Source: Bacteroidales bacterium (GTDB lineage Bacteria > Bacteroidota > Bacteroidia > Bacteroidales > UBA1402). From it: 64,000 nucleotides of DNA. Made by a program: the position numbers and the translations under genes. Within the stretch, counting starts at the first letter, position 1; each line of letters begins with the position of its first letter. The stretch is from NCBI GenBank assembly GCA_012718945.1, contig JAAYBL010000013.1, positions 692 to 64,691 on the forward strand, in the 5' to 3' direction. The notes below the pieces were generated by a model. That model worked only from the letters and a program-made list of their open reading frames with translations. It was not told the origin of the DNA and made no database searches. This document shows positions 1 through 9,445 of the stretch, one piece after another.

Positions 1-1
1 C

Positions 2-328
2 GAAGGTAACGGCGCCATCACAATCAACAAACGCACACTCGACAATTATTTTCCCTCCAGCATCCTTCAGTATGTGGTTAAACAACCGCTGAACAAACTG
101 GGTGTAGCCGAGAAATACGACATCCGTGTTAACCTGGACGGTGGCGGTTTTAAAGGACAAGCTGAGGCCCTCCGCCTGGCTATCGCCCGCGCCCTGGTCA
201 AGATCAATCCCGAAGACAAAGCCGCTTTGCGTGCTGAAGGCTTCATGACCCGCGACGCACGCGTCGTTGAACGCAAGAAACCGGGTCGCCCCAAAGCCAG
301 GAAGCGCTTCCAGTTCAGCAAGCGTTGA
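2..328 (+). CDS. rpsI: 30S ribosomal protein S9, 5'-truncated by the window edge
   Basis: The frame is open from position 2 (EGNGAITINKRTLDNYFP...). It contains GGGFKGQAEALRLAIARAL and the basic tail PGRPKARKRFQFSKR typical of S9. Confidence 0.95.
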   Translation, partial: EGNGAITINKRTLDNYFPSSILQYVVKQPLNKLGVAEKYDIRVNLDGGGFKGQAEALRLAIARALVKINPEDKAALRAEGFMTRDARVVERKKPGRPKARKRFQFSKR

Positions 329-469
329 TGGTTGATACCACTGCTTTTTTTAACACGACAAAAGAAGCGTTTAGTATCTAAATGGCAGGGACTTCTGCCG
401 GTGAGAACCAGACAGAACTACCTTGCGATTGATTGAATCCAAAGAAAGTAAACGATTAAACAAACTAAC

Positions 470-1324
470 ATGTCCAGAACTAATTTTGATCAACTTTTGG
501 AAGCCGGTGTGCATTTCGGACACCTTAAGAGAAAATGGAACCCTGCCATGGCACCGTACATTTTCATGGAACGCAACGGCATCCATATCATCGATCTTCA
601 CAAAACGGTAGCCAAGGTAGACGAGGCTGCTGATGCCCTCAAAAATATCGCCAAAGCCGGCAAGAAGATCCTGTTCGTCGCCACTAAGAAGCAAGCCAAA
701 CAAATTGTTGCCGATTTGGCTACATCCGTCAATATGCCATACGTGATTGAACGTTGGCCGGGCGGTATGTTGACCAACTTCCCCACCATCCGCAAGGCTG
801 TTAAGAAGATGACCACCATCGACAAGATGATGACAGACGGAACGTTCGACAATATGTCGAAACGCGAAAAACTGCAGGTCTCCCGTCAACGCGCCAAACT
901 GGAAAAGAACCTTGGTTCCATCGCCGACCTGAACCGTTTGCCTTCAGCCCTGTTTGTGGTTGACGTCATGAAAGAACAGATCGCCGTTCTGGAAGCTCAA
1001 CGCCTCGGTATTCCCGTTTTCGCCATGGTTGATACCAATTCAGATCCCAACCAGGTTGATTTCGTGATTCCAGCCAACGATGACGCCTCTAAGTCCATCG
1101 AAATAATCATCTCAACATTGTGTGCCGCCATCCAGGAAGGTCTGGAAGAACGCAAAGTGGAAAAAGCTGACAGCAACGCCGCCGCTGATAGCGACGAAAA
1201 GGCTGAAGCTCCAGTAAAACGCGAACGTCGTGGCAAAGCCAAGAAAGAGCTGATTCAAAAGGACGATGCCGAAGCCATCAAGGCCAAGGTAGCCTCCAAG
1301 TATATCAAAGAAGACGAAGACTAA
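470..1324 (+). CDS. rpsB: 30S ribosomal protein S2
   Basis: N-terminus LLEAGVHFGHLKRKWNPAMAPYIF, plus the conserved rpsB-tsf gene order. It has a long charged C-terminal tail. Confidence 0.95.
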   Translation: MSRTNFDQLLEAGVHFGHLKRKWNPAMAPYIFMERNGIHIIDLHKTVAKVDEAADALKNIAKAGKKILFVATKKQAKQIVADLATSVNMPYVIERWPGGMLTNFPTIRKAVKKMTTIDKMMTDGTFDNMSKREKLQVSRQRAKLEKNLGSIADLNRLPSALFVVDVMKEQIAVLEAQRLGIPVFAMVDTNSDPNQVDFVIPANDDASKSIEIIISTLCAAIQEGLEERKVEKADSNAAADSDEKAEAPVKRERRGKAKKELIQKDDAEAIKAKVASKYIKEDED

Positions 1325-1337
1325 AAATAGAAAGCAT

Positions 1338-2159
1338 ATGGCAGTAACTATGGCAGAAATCTCCAAGCTCCGTACAATGACGGGTGCTGGGATGATGGAT
1401 TGCAAAAACGCATTGATCGAGGCCAACAACGATATGGAGGCCGCCATCGAAATCATTCGTAAAAAAGGACAGGCTGTAGCCGCTAAACGTTCCGACCGCG
1501 AAGCCTCTGAAGGTTGCGTGTTGGCCGGCGCTAATGGTGGATTTGCCGCTGTATTGGCCTTGAAGTGTGAAACCGACTTTGTTGCTAAAAACGCTGATTT
1601 TATCGCGCTGACCCAGTCCATCCTTGACTTGGCGCTGGCTGAAAAGCCCGCCACCCTGGAAGACTTGAGAAACCTCAAGCTCGGAGAACGCAGTGTTCAA
1701 GACAACATTACCGAACGCATCGGTATTACCGGTGAAAAGATGGAATTGGACTTCTACGAAGTAGTAAACGGCGAAGCCGCTGTTTCCTACATCCACCCGG
1801 GCAACAAACTGGCCACCATCGTCGCCTTCAACAAGGCTGTCGATTTACACGTTGGTCGCGATGTAGCCATGCAGGTAGCTGCCATGAGCCCCATTGCATT
1901 GAACCGCGAAGCTGTTCCTGCCAAGGTGATTGAAACTGAATTGGAAATCGGTCGTGACAAAGCACGTGAAGAAGGCAAGCCTGAAAACATGCTGGATAAG
2001 ATTGCTCAGGGTCGTTTGAACAAGTTCTACCAGGAATCTACCTTGGTTGAACAGGCTTTCATCAAGGACGCCAAGATGACCGTTCAACAATACTTGACCG
2101 CTAACGACAAGGAATTGAAAGCCACAGCATTTAAACGTGTCACCCTGAATCAGGAATAA
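1338..2159 (+). CDS. tsf: Translation elongation factor Ts
   Basis: UBA-like N-terminus ISKLRTMTGAGMMDCKNAL and LKCETDFVAKN. It lies directly downstream of rpsB. Confidence 0.95.
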   Translation: MAVTMAEISKLRTMTGAGMMDCKNALIEANNDMEAAIEIIRKKGQAVAAKRSDREASEGCVLAGANGGFAAVLALKCETDFVAKNADFIALTQSILDLALAEKPATLEDLRNLKLGERSVQDNITERIGITGEKMELDFYEVVNGEAAVSYIHPGNKLATIVAFNKAVDLHVGRDVAMQVAAMSPIALNREAVPAKVIETELEIGRDKAREEGKPENMLDKIAQGRLNKFYQESTLVEQAFIKDAKMTVQQYLTANDKELKATAFKRVTLNQE

Positions 2160-2212
2160 GAACGAATCGACACGCTTAGCCGGCTGTCAGCCAACAGCCG
2201 CTCAAAGATCAG

Positions 2213-2245
2213 CACCGGTAGCATTAGCTTCCGGTGTTGTTTTTT
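2213..2245 (+). terminator. Intrinsic terminator after tsf
   Basis: Stem caccggtagc / gcttccggtg with one mismatch and loop atta, followed by ttgtttttt. Confidence 0.7.
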
Positions 2246-2355
2246 CACCCCCTTCCTTCGAGGCCGCTTCCCATCAGTTTTTCCTTCGAAACCGCTCCCC
2301 TTGACGGGGCTCGGTATCGAAGAGAATAAGAGCCCCAAAGGGAGCGGAATCAAGC

Positions 2356-2724
2356 TTACCGAATGTCGCCCTTGACTCTGTAACCCTCTTTCTCCAGCAG
2401 CCCAGCCACCTTCACCCTCACATCACCCTGGATCAAAATCTCGTCATCCCTGAACGACCCCCCAGTACCACAAACCTTCTTGAGCTTAGCCGCCAACGCA
2501 CCCACCGTTTCCTGATCGCCCTCCACACGGCTGACGATTGTAGTCGGTTTTCCGCCACGTCGCTCAAAGCGAATAACGACAGGCTCCGATTGCTTTTTGG
2601 TCACACTTGACACGACATTGGTCGGGATTTTTGAGGTCTTTTCAGGTGTTGTCTCTTTTGACGAGGTGTCATCTACTTTACCGGACAACGCACCGAGTTT
2701 GGCTTTCCAGTCTGTCGTGCTCAT
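2356..2724 (-). CDS. SUI1/YciH-like translation initiation factor
   Basis: C-terminal RFERRGGKPTTIVSRVEG...LKKVCGTGGSFRDDEILIQGD matches the SUI1 fold signature. The start is set at MSTTDWK (ATG at 2724), because the longer ORF runs into the divergent rex promoter. Confidence 0.8.
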   Translation of the reverse strand: MSTTDWKAKLGALSGKVDDTSSKETTPEKTSKIPTNVVSSVTKKQSEPVVIRFERRGGKPTTIVSRVEGDQETVGALAAKLKKVCGTGGSFRDDEILIQGDVRVKVAGLLEKEGYRVKGDIR

Positions 2725-2789
2725 GAATGTAATTGATTGTGTTAATGGATTGTCCAACAAAAGTAAAACATTGTAATGGATTTTTTTTG

Positions 2790-2797
2790 TATTTTTG
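2790..2797 (+). promoter_or_regulatory. Bacteroidota -7 promoter motif (TAttTTTG) for rex
   Basis: Matches TAnnTTTG about 25 nt upstream of the ATG at 2822. The ORF-track TTG start at 2795 lies inside this motif. Confidence 0.5.
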
Positions 2798-2821
2798 TGC
2801 GAATTGAACACGCTCTCGCCA

Positions 2822-3466
2822 ATGGAACCTACCAAAATGATGGAGACAGAACGTATTCCCGAACCTACGTTGAGACGACTTCCCTGGTACCTGGCCTACT
2901 TGAAACTGGCCGCCGACCAAGGTGAGAATTTTATATCATCTACCCAAATAGCCCGCGCTATCAACGTCAGCGCCTCACAGATAGCCAAAGACCTCTCGTT
3001 GTTGAATGTTTCCGGTAAAACCCGGGTAGGTTACGATGTAAAAAGCCTGATAGAAGTCCTGGAAGACTTTCTTGGGTTCAGGCAGACCCGCCAAGCTTAC
3101 TTGTTTGGTGTGGGTAATTTGGGCGGTGCCCTGTTGCACGACAAAGGACTCTCTCAATACGGTTTGGAAATTGTTGCCGGCTTCGATGTCAATCCTGCTG
3201 TCATCGGTCAGACCATCAACGGGATTCCCGTTTATCACATCGATGAGTACCCCGCCATGCGGACCACATCTTCCATATGTATCGGTATTCTGACCGTTCC
3301 TGTCGAGAAGGCACAGGCTGTGGCCGAATGTATGGTGGCGGGCGGTATCAAAGCCGTGTGGAACTTTACCCCCTTCCGGATACACATGCCTGAAAATATT
3401 GTCGTGCAGAATACCTCGATATATGCACATATGGCGCTTATCTTCAATCGGTTGGAGCGCCGTTGA
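2822..3466 (+). CDS. rex: Redox-sensing transcriptional repressor Rex
   Basis: N-terminal winged helix (TLRRLPWYLAYLKL...ISSTQIARAINVSASQIAKDLS) followed by a Rossmann motif (LFGVGNLGGAL). Confidence 0.85.
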   Translation: MEPTKMMETERIPEPTLRRLPWYLAYLKLAADQGENFISSTQIARAINVSASQIAKDLSLLNVSGKTRVGYDVKSLIEVLEDFLGFRQTRQAYLFGVGNLGGALLHDKGLSQYGLEIVAGFDVNPAVIGQTINGIPVYHIDEYPAMRTTSSICIGILTVPVEKAQAVAECMVAGGIKAVWNFTPFRIHMPENIVVQNTSIYAHMALIFNRLERR

Positions 3467-3481
3467 CCTAAACCAAGCCTT

Positions 3482-4114
3482 ATGAAGATTCTTGCCGTCG
3501 GTATGAACTACCGGGAACACCTGAAGGAACTAGGCAACCCCATCCCTCAGGAGCCCGTCATATTCAGCAAACCCGACTCTTCTTTGCTTGAGGCCACTGA
3601 AAAGCGACCATCAGCCAATATGCCTTTTTTTCTGCCCGATTTCAACTCCGCCATCCATTATGAAACGGAGTTGGTCATCCGTATTAACCGACTGGGCAAA
3701 AGCATTACTGCCAAGTACGCCAGCCGCTACTACGATGCGGTGACCGTCGGCCTGGATTTAACGGCCAGGGATTTGCAACAACGCCTTCGTAGCGAGGGTA
3801 AACCCTGGGACCTGTGCAAAGGGTTCGACCAATCGGCTGTGGTGGGCAGTTTTGAGCCGGTAGAAACATTGGGGCCCATCCAGCAACTCCACTTCAGCCT
3901 GTTGCGCAACGGTAATACCGTGCAGCAAGGGCATGCAGCCGATATGATTTTTACCATCGATACCATCATCGAATACGTTTCGCGCTTTTTCACCCTCAAA
4001 ACAGGCGACCTGATTTATACGGGAACCCCCTCAGGTATAGGTGCTTTGGCTGTCGGAGATCACTTGGAAGGCTTTTTGGAAGACCGTAAATGCCTGGACC
4101 TGCGGGTCAAGTGA
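3482..4114 (+). CDS. Fumarylacetoacetate hydrolase (FAH) family protein
   Basis: YETELVIRI, the KGFD motif and C-terminal GDLIYTGTPSGIG are typical of the FAH / 2-keto-4-pentenoate hydratase family. Confidence 0.8.
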   Translation: MKILAVGMNYREHLKELGNPIPQEPVIFSKPDSSLLEATEKRPSANMPFFLPDFNSAIHYETELVIRINRLGKSITAKYASRYYDAVTVGLDLTARDLQQRLRSEGKPWDLCKGFDQSAVVGSFEPVETLGPIQQLHFSLLRNGNTVQQGHAADMIFTIDTIIEYVSRFFTLKTGDLIYTGTPSGIGALAVGDHLEGFLEDRKCLDLRVK

Positions 4115-4169
4115 TATACGAAACCCACCCTTTTCCCGTTTTAGCAATATACCTTTACACCGCTTGTTC

Positions 4170-7100
4170 ATGTCCAAACGTGTCCTTGCTATTTGCTTGT
4201 TTACGTGGCTGTTGATTGGCACCAATCTGTCGGCCTCCTCCCGTGTCATCGAATGGGAAGCCGCCAATAAATGGACGACCAAGTTGGCCGTGTCAGGACC
4301 CATTAACGTCACATACCCATCCTTGAGAGCAGGCCAAACCTATGCGGAACATTCAGTCCTGTCATCGGGCAAATGGCGCAAGCTCAGTGTGACCCAATCC
4401 GGCCTGTACAGGCTGACGTATGACGACATTGTCAAATTGGGATTCAATCCAGCCAAGGTGCAAGTGTATGGGTACGGAGGCAAGCTGTTGTCAGAAGACT
4501 TCAGAAAAGGCGATTACCTGGACGATCTACCCCCTGTGGCCATGTGGTTGGTGACAGGCTCGGATGGCGTCTTCAACAGTGGTGATTACCTGCTTTTTTA
4601 TGCACAGGGTCCCATTTCCTGGGCGCTCAACAACACTAAGACCTACTTAACCAGGACGCGAAACCATTATTCCGACAAAGCTTACTATTTCCTCGGTGAA
4701 CGCCAGGAGGGGAGCCTGGTGGCTAATCGGGCCAGTTCGACGCTCACCCCCAACCGGACGGTGACAACGTACACTGACCTGTTGCTACACGAAAAAGAGC
4801 TGGTGAGCATGGGTGAATCGGTAAAGAACAGCGGCACCGGACGTGAACTCTTCGGAGAGGACTTGTACACCATGCCTTACCAAACGTTCACCTTCAATGT
4901 GGCTGACATAGATACCACCGCACTGTCGACAATGATCATTGAAACAGCCGCTTACAACTCAGCTACCAGCTATGCCAATGTGAACTTGAATGGCAGCTGG
5001 GTGGGCACGCTGTCAATGTGGGCCTACAATTCAAGCGGTTCTGGGGATTACAACTACGGCAAAGCTGCCAACCGGGCTATCTCCTTCAGACCCCGTAGCA
5101 ACACCCTTCAAGTTGATGTGGAATACATCAGGAACGGTAATGTTGCCACCCCCAGGGCTTACCTGAATTACATTCAATTCAACCTGCGCAGGCCGCTTAA
5201 GGTTGCCTCAGCCCCCTTCACCTTCAGGGATCCGGCCAGCGTGGCGGCTGGAGCAGTGGCCTCCTTTATGGTGGAAGGAGCCGGACCATCTACGCTCGTC
5301 TTTGATGTAACCGACCCTGTTAATATGACCCTGGTCGATGGCAACCTTACCGGTAGCACGTTCCGCTTTGTTGCTTCAACCGCCACTCTCAGAGAGTACG
5401 CTTGCGTCAACCTGACCGGCAGCATACCCAAGCCCACCATCGAAGGGGCTGTTACCAACCAGGACCTGCACGCCCATCAACCCGATATGGTCATTATTGC
5501 ACCGCCCATTTTCAGGGAACAAGCCTTGAGGCTGGCTCAGGCACATACGACCATGGATGGCTTAAGCGTCCTGATTGTGACACCGGAACAAGTGTATAAT
5601 GAATTCTCGTCAGGTACGCCCGATGCCACGGCTTATCGACGGATGATGAAACTTTACTACGACAGGGCCACCAACGAAGACGAATTGCCCGATTACTTGT
5701 TGTTGTTTGGAGGCGGTGTGTATGATAACAGGATGGTCTCCACCGCCTTTTCGAAAGGCGGCCAAAAACGCAACTGGTTGTTGACCTACCAGTCGGTAGA
5801 AAGCCTCGAGGGTGAATCTTCGTTTGTGACCGATGATTACTTTGGCTTTCTCGATGATACAGAAGGGGCTAATCTGGCAGCAGCCAAGCTTGATATCGGT
5901 ATCGGTCGTTTCCCCGTACACTCTGTCCAACAAGCCAAGGCCGTGGTGGACAAGACCCTTAATTACATGAAAAATAAGCGGAAAGGGCCCTGGAAAAACC
6001 GTTTGCTCTACCTGGCCGATGATGGTGATGGCAACATTCATACCATACAGGCTGAATCCCTGGCGTCTTCCGTGGAAATTACGTTTCCTCAGTTTATGGT
6101 CAACCGCATCTATGTAGACGCGTACAAAAAGGTGACTGAAGCATCCGGTGTGACTATTCCTGACGGGGTGAGCCGTTTTTCAGATTTGATGGACATGGGC
6201 TTGCTCATGCTTAATTACACAGGCCATGGTTCTACAACAGAATGGGCCGAAGAAAAGATTTTAACCCAAGCCAGGGTCAAGGATATGGTGAATACAAGTC
6301 TACCCCTTTGGGTGACAGCTACCTGCGATTTTACCCGATTTGATTCAGGCGACGAGTCGGGTGGGGAATCGGCTTTTCTTAATCCCAGGGGCGGTGCTAT
6401 TGCCTTGTTTACTACTACCCGTATTGTGTATGCGAGCAACAATTACATGCTCAACCAGCAGTTTACCAATCATATCTTCTCACGTCGGAACGGCAAACGC
6501 AATACGTTGGGTGAGATCATGTACCTGACAAAAAGCTCGGCGGCCATGAACGGGGACAGTAACAAACTGAGCTTTACCCTAATTGGCGATCCGGCCATGA
6601 AGTTGGCTTACCCCGAATACAGCGTCGCGGTCACGCACATAAATGGTAAACCCGTATCCGCCGCTATTGATACCTTCCAGGCCTTGCAAACCGTCACCAT
6701 CGAAGGCAACGTCTATACGGAAGACGGCAGTTTTGCTGATACCTTCAATGGTGTGGTGCATCCTACCATCCTGGACGCAGCTTCTCAGGTAAAAACCCTG
6801 GGTAGCAACGGGGCAGACATATTCACCTACTACGATAGAACCAAGGTGCTTTTCACAGGTAAGGACAGTGTTGTCAACGGCCGTTTCCGCTTTTCCTTTG
6901 TGGTTCCCAAGGATATCCAGTATTCGTACAAGCAAGGCCGCATCAACCTCTACGTCTGTGACAATGCAAGTATCAACGAAGGTCACGGTTATTTCGACAA
7001 ATTTGCCCTGGGCGGCACGTACGACCAGGCCGTACAAGACACGGTGGGTCCAACCATCCGGCTTTTCCTGAACGACACCACCTGGACGCCAAAGCAATCG

Positions 7101-7697
7101 GTGAACGAAACCCCCACTTTGATTGCCAAGGTGACGGATAATGTGGGCTTAAACTCGTCAACACAGGGTATTGGGCATGATTTCCAACTGGTCATAGACG
7201 ATGACCCCAATCAGGTTTATTCCCTCAGCAACTACTACATGGCCGATGTGGGTAGTTTCCAATCGGGGACGGTGCAGTATGTGCTGCCCACCTTGACCGC
7301 CGGCAAACACAACCTGACATTCAGGGCGTGGGATGTCAACAACAACGCCTCGGTGCAACGTTTGTCATTCACCGTTAATCCAGGCCAGGAACCGGTGTTG
7401 CGCAATTTAATCGCTGCCCGTCTTTCCGATAGTTACCAATTTCGCTTTGAACACAATAGGCCTGATGTGCCTGTGACTGTCACCATGTCGGTTGTAAGCC
7501 TGATGGGACAGGTTTGCTGGGAAGAAACCACCACCATGCAAGCCGGTCAGCAACAGAGCGATATCCTTGAATGGAACCTGGTTGATACCAGGGGTAGGCG
7601 GGTGCCTGGAGGTATTTATCTTTGCCGTGTGCGCGCGCTGGATGCTACTGGAGGTGAAGCCATGATTGCTGAAAAAATCCAGGTCTTGCCACAATAA
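4170..7697 (+). CDS. porU: Type IX secretion system sortase PorU (peptidase C25 family)
   Basis: About 1,175 aa with signal peptide MSKRVLAICLFTWLL. It has a gingipain-like C25 core (YLLLFGGGVYDNR, YTGHGS, ATCDFTRFD) and a CTD-like tail (GGIYLCRVRALD...KIQVL). It sits immediately upstream of porV, as in Porphyromonas. Confidence 0.85.
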   Translation: MSKRVLAICLFTWLLIGTNLSASSRVIEWEAANKWTTKLAVSGPINVTYPSLRAGQTYAEHSVLSSGKWRKLSVTQSGLYRLTYDDIVKLGFNPAKVQVYGYGGKLLSEDFRKGDYLDDLPPVAMWLVTGSDGVFNSGDYLLFYAQGPISWALNNTKTYLTRTRNHYSDKAYYFLGERQEGSLVANRASSTLTPNRTVTTYTDLLLHEKELVSMGESVKNSGTGRELFGEDLYTMPYQTFTFNVADIDTTALSTMIIETAAYNSATSYANVNLNGSWVGTLSMWAYNSSGSGDYNYGKAANRAISFRPRSNTLQVDVEYIRNGNVATPRAYLNYIQFNLRRPLKVASAPFTFRDPASVAAGAVASFMVEGAGPSTLVFDVTDPVNMTLVDGNLTGSTFRFVASTATLREYACVNLTGSIPKPTIEGAVTNQDLHAHQPDMVIIAPPIFREQALRLAQAHTTMDGLSVLIVTPEQVYNEFSSGTPDATAYRRMMKLYYDRATNEDELPDYLLLFGGGVYDNRMVSTAFSKGGQKRNWLLTYQSVESLEGESSFVTDDYFGFLDDTEGANLAAAKLDIGIGRFPVHSVQQAKAVVDKTLNYMKNKRKGPWKNRLLYLADDGDGNIHTIQAESLASSVEITFPQFMVNRIYVDAYKKVTEASGVTIPDGVSRFSDLMDMGLLMLNYTGHGSTTEWAEEKILTQARVKDMVNTSLPLWVTATCDFTRFDSGDESGGESAFLNPRGGAIALFTTTRIVYASNNYMLNQQFTNHIFSRRNGKRNTLGEIMYLTKSSAAMNGDSNKLSFTLIGDPAMKLAYPEYSVAVTHINGKPVSAAIDTFQALQTVTIEGNVYTEDGSFADTFNGVVHPTILDAASQVKTLGSNGADIFTYYDRTKVLFTGKDSVVNGRFRFSFVVPKDIQYSYKQGRINLYVCDNASINEGHGYFDKFALGGTYDQAVQDTVGPTIRLFLNDTTWTPKQSVNETPTLIAKVTDNVGLNSSTQGIGHDFQLVIDDDPNQVYSLSNYYMADVGSFQSGTVQYVLPTLTAGKHNLTFRAWDVNNNASVQRLSFTVNPGQEPVLRNLIAARLSDSYQFRFEHNRPDVPVTVTMSVVSLMGQVCWEETTTMQAGQQQSDILEWNLVDTRGRRVPGGIYLCRVRALDATGGEAMIAEKIQVLPQ

Positions 7698-7758
7698 ATC
7701 GAGGCGGTTTCAGTTTTTGTAAGTATGTTTGTTCGCTAACGATTCAACTGTTGTTATT

Positions 7759-8871
7759 ATGAAGAAAGTCTTTGCTGTTTTGATGTTTATTGCCCTGGGT
7801 ACCACGTTTCCTCTCTTGGCCGAAGACAACTACAACCCCATACAAAGCTCCGTATACTCGCTTGGGGTATCCCCCGATGCTGTTGCCAGCGGTATGGGTG
7901 ATTTGGGTGCGGCCACGACACCGGATGTCTATTCCCAGTACTGGAATCCCTCCAAATATGCTTTCATCGAGAACACAGCCGGCTTTGCCTTATCTTATAC
8001 GCCTTGGTTGTCCAAGTTATCTTCAGACATCAACCTGACCTCACTGATGGGCTACTACAAGCTGGATGACATCCAGTCTTTGAGTGGTTCCTTGAGGTAT
8101 TTTTCCTTGGGTGAAGTGATTCTGCGTAGCATGTTGTCCGACCCTGGTTATACCATTCAGCCTTATGAAATGGAGTTTGATGTGGCCTATTCCCGCTTAT
8201 TGTCCGAACGTTTTTCCATGGGCGTCTCCCTGCGTTACATCCTGTCTGACCTGATGAGTGGCGACGATCCCGCCGGTAGTGCTTTTGCTGCCGATATTGC
8301 GGGCTATTACAATGCCCCTGTCTATTTCGGACGTGAACGTGGCTCGGTGGCTTTTGGTTTCAATGTGTCCAACATCGGCTCCAAGATTTCCTACGATGGA
8401 GGTAACAACAATTATTTCCTGCCTGCCAATTTAAGATTGGGAGGATCGCTCAATTACCCCATGGATGATTACAATGTGCTTCGCTTTTCGGCCGACGTGA
8501 ACAAATTACTGGTGCCCACCCCGCAGGATTCCATCGACAACGGTGAAGGCATTTCCCCCATACAAGCCATTTTTACCTCATTCAATGATGCCCCGAACGG
8601 ATTTAAAGAGGAACTGCAGGAAATCTACTGGTCTATTGGTGCTGAATATGCGTACAACGATCAGTTCTTCGTTCGCGGGGGGTATTATTTTGAACACGAG
8701 TACAAAGGCAACCGCAAGTTTTTCACATTTGGAGCCGGTTTCAAGATGAGCATGCTTAGGCTCGATGCTTCCTACCTGGTGTCTCAGGCTCAAAGTAATC
8801 CGCTTGATGGCACGTTGCGTTTCTCCCTGGCATTCGACATGGAAGGCCTTCGTGTATTGTTAGACCGTTGA
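7759..8871 (+). CDS. porV: Type IX secretion outer-membrane protein PorV (LptO)
   Basis: Signal peptide MKKVFAVLMFIALG, about 370 aa of beta-barrel-like sequence, and adjacency to porU. The start is set at the ATG at 7759. Confidence 0.8.
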   Translation: MKKVFAVLMFIALGTTFPLLAEDNYNPIQSSVYSLGVSPDAVASGMGDLGAATTPDVYSQYWNPSKYAFIENTAGFALSYTPWLSKLSSDINLTSLMGYYKLDDIQSLSGSLRYFSLGEVILRSMLSDPGYTIQPYEMEFDVAYSRLLSERFSMGVSLRYILSDLMSGDDPAGSAFAADIAGYYNAPVYFGRERGSVAFGFNVSNIGSKISYDGGNNNYFLPANLRLGGSLNYPMDDYNVLRFSADVNKLLVPTPQDSIDNGEGISPIQAIFTSFNDAPNGFKEELQEIYWSIGAEYAYNDQFFVRGGYYFEHEYKGNRKFFTFGAGFKMSMLRLDASYLVSQAQSNPLDGTLRFSLAFDMEGLRVLLDR

Positions 8872-8886
8872 TAAGCCATACTCACC

Positions 8887-9363
8887 ATGGATATTCGTGT
8901 CGGTTATGGCTATGATGTACACGCGCTGGTAGCTGGGCGTGAACTGTGGATAGGTGGCATCAAGCTTGATTATGAGCGTGGTCTGTTGGGCCATTCCGAT
9001 GCCGATGTCCTGATTCATGCCATTTGTGATGCCTTGCTCGGTGCAGCCGGCCTACGCGACATTGGTTTTCATTTTCCCGACACCGATCCCACGTATAAAA
9101 ACGTAGACAGCAAAATCTTGCTGGAAAGCACCGTACAATTGCTGGCCCAGCATGGATGGACCGTTGGCAACGTTGATGCGACGGTGGCCGCTGAAAGGCC
9201 CAAACTCAATCCGCACATTCCCGCTATGCAGGCTTGCTTATCAGCCATTCTGCGGGTGACTCCCGATGCTGTGTCCATCAAAGCCACCACCAGCGAACGG
9301 CTTGGTTTCGTGGGCAGGGAAGAGGGCTATGCCGCTTCTGCCGTCGTTTTGATCAAGCGGTAA
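8887..9363 (+). CDS. ispF: 2-C-methyl-D-erythritol 2,4-cyclodiphosphate synthase
   Basis: RVGYGYDVHAL...GHSDADVLIHAICDALLGA is the IspF signature. Confidence 0.95.
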   Translation: MDIRVGYGYDVHALVAGRELWIGGIKLDYERGLLGHSDADVLIHAICDALLGAAGLRDIGFHFPDTDPTYKNVDSKILLESTVQLLAQHGWTVGNVDATVAAERPKLNPHIPAMQACLSAILRVTPDAVSIKATTSERLGFVGREEGYAASAVVLIKR

Positions 9364-9445
9364 GTCACCGGTTAATCGATTTGGTTGGACGGTCTTTAAA
9401 ATCAGGCTTATACCCTTAGAGGGAAGCCGTAAACAGCGCCATGCA

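Noticed and set aside
329-469. The rpsI-rpsB intergenic region as a possible S2-binding autoregulatory leader.
   Set aside because: No convincing pseudoknot or hairpin could be traced by eye. A covariance-model search would be needed to decide.
1130-1324. A long charged C-terminal tail on ribosomal protein S2 (EERKVEKADSNAAADSDEKAEAP...KEDED).
   Set aside because: From memory, C-terminal extensions of S2 are common in Bacteroidota and several other phyla. This is unlikely to be novel.
4041-4169. N-terminal extensions in the ORF track for porU. The same issue applies to porV (7729), ispD (10894), tatD (19359), pfkA (23921), DUF1573 (27248), queA (31821), GH97 (56617), GH43 (57014), the helicase (58769), DUF4914 (47284) and rex (2795).
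   Set aside because: Each extension overlaps the preceding gene or a TAnnTTTG promoter motif and lacks a signal peptide. The internal ATG gives a canonical N-terminus or signal peptide.
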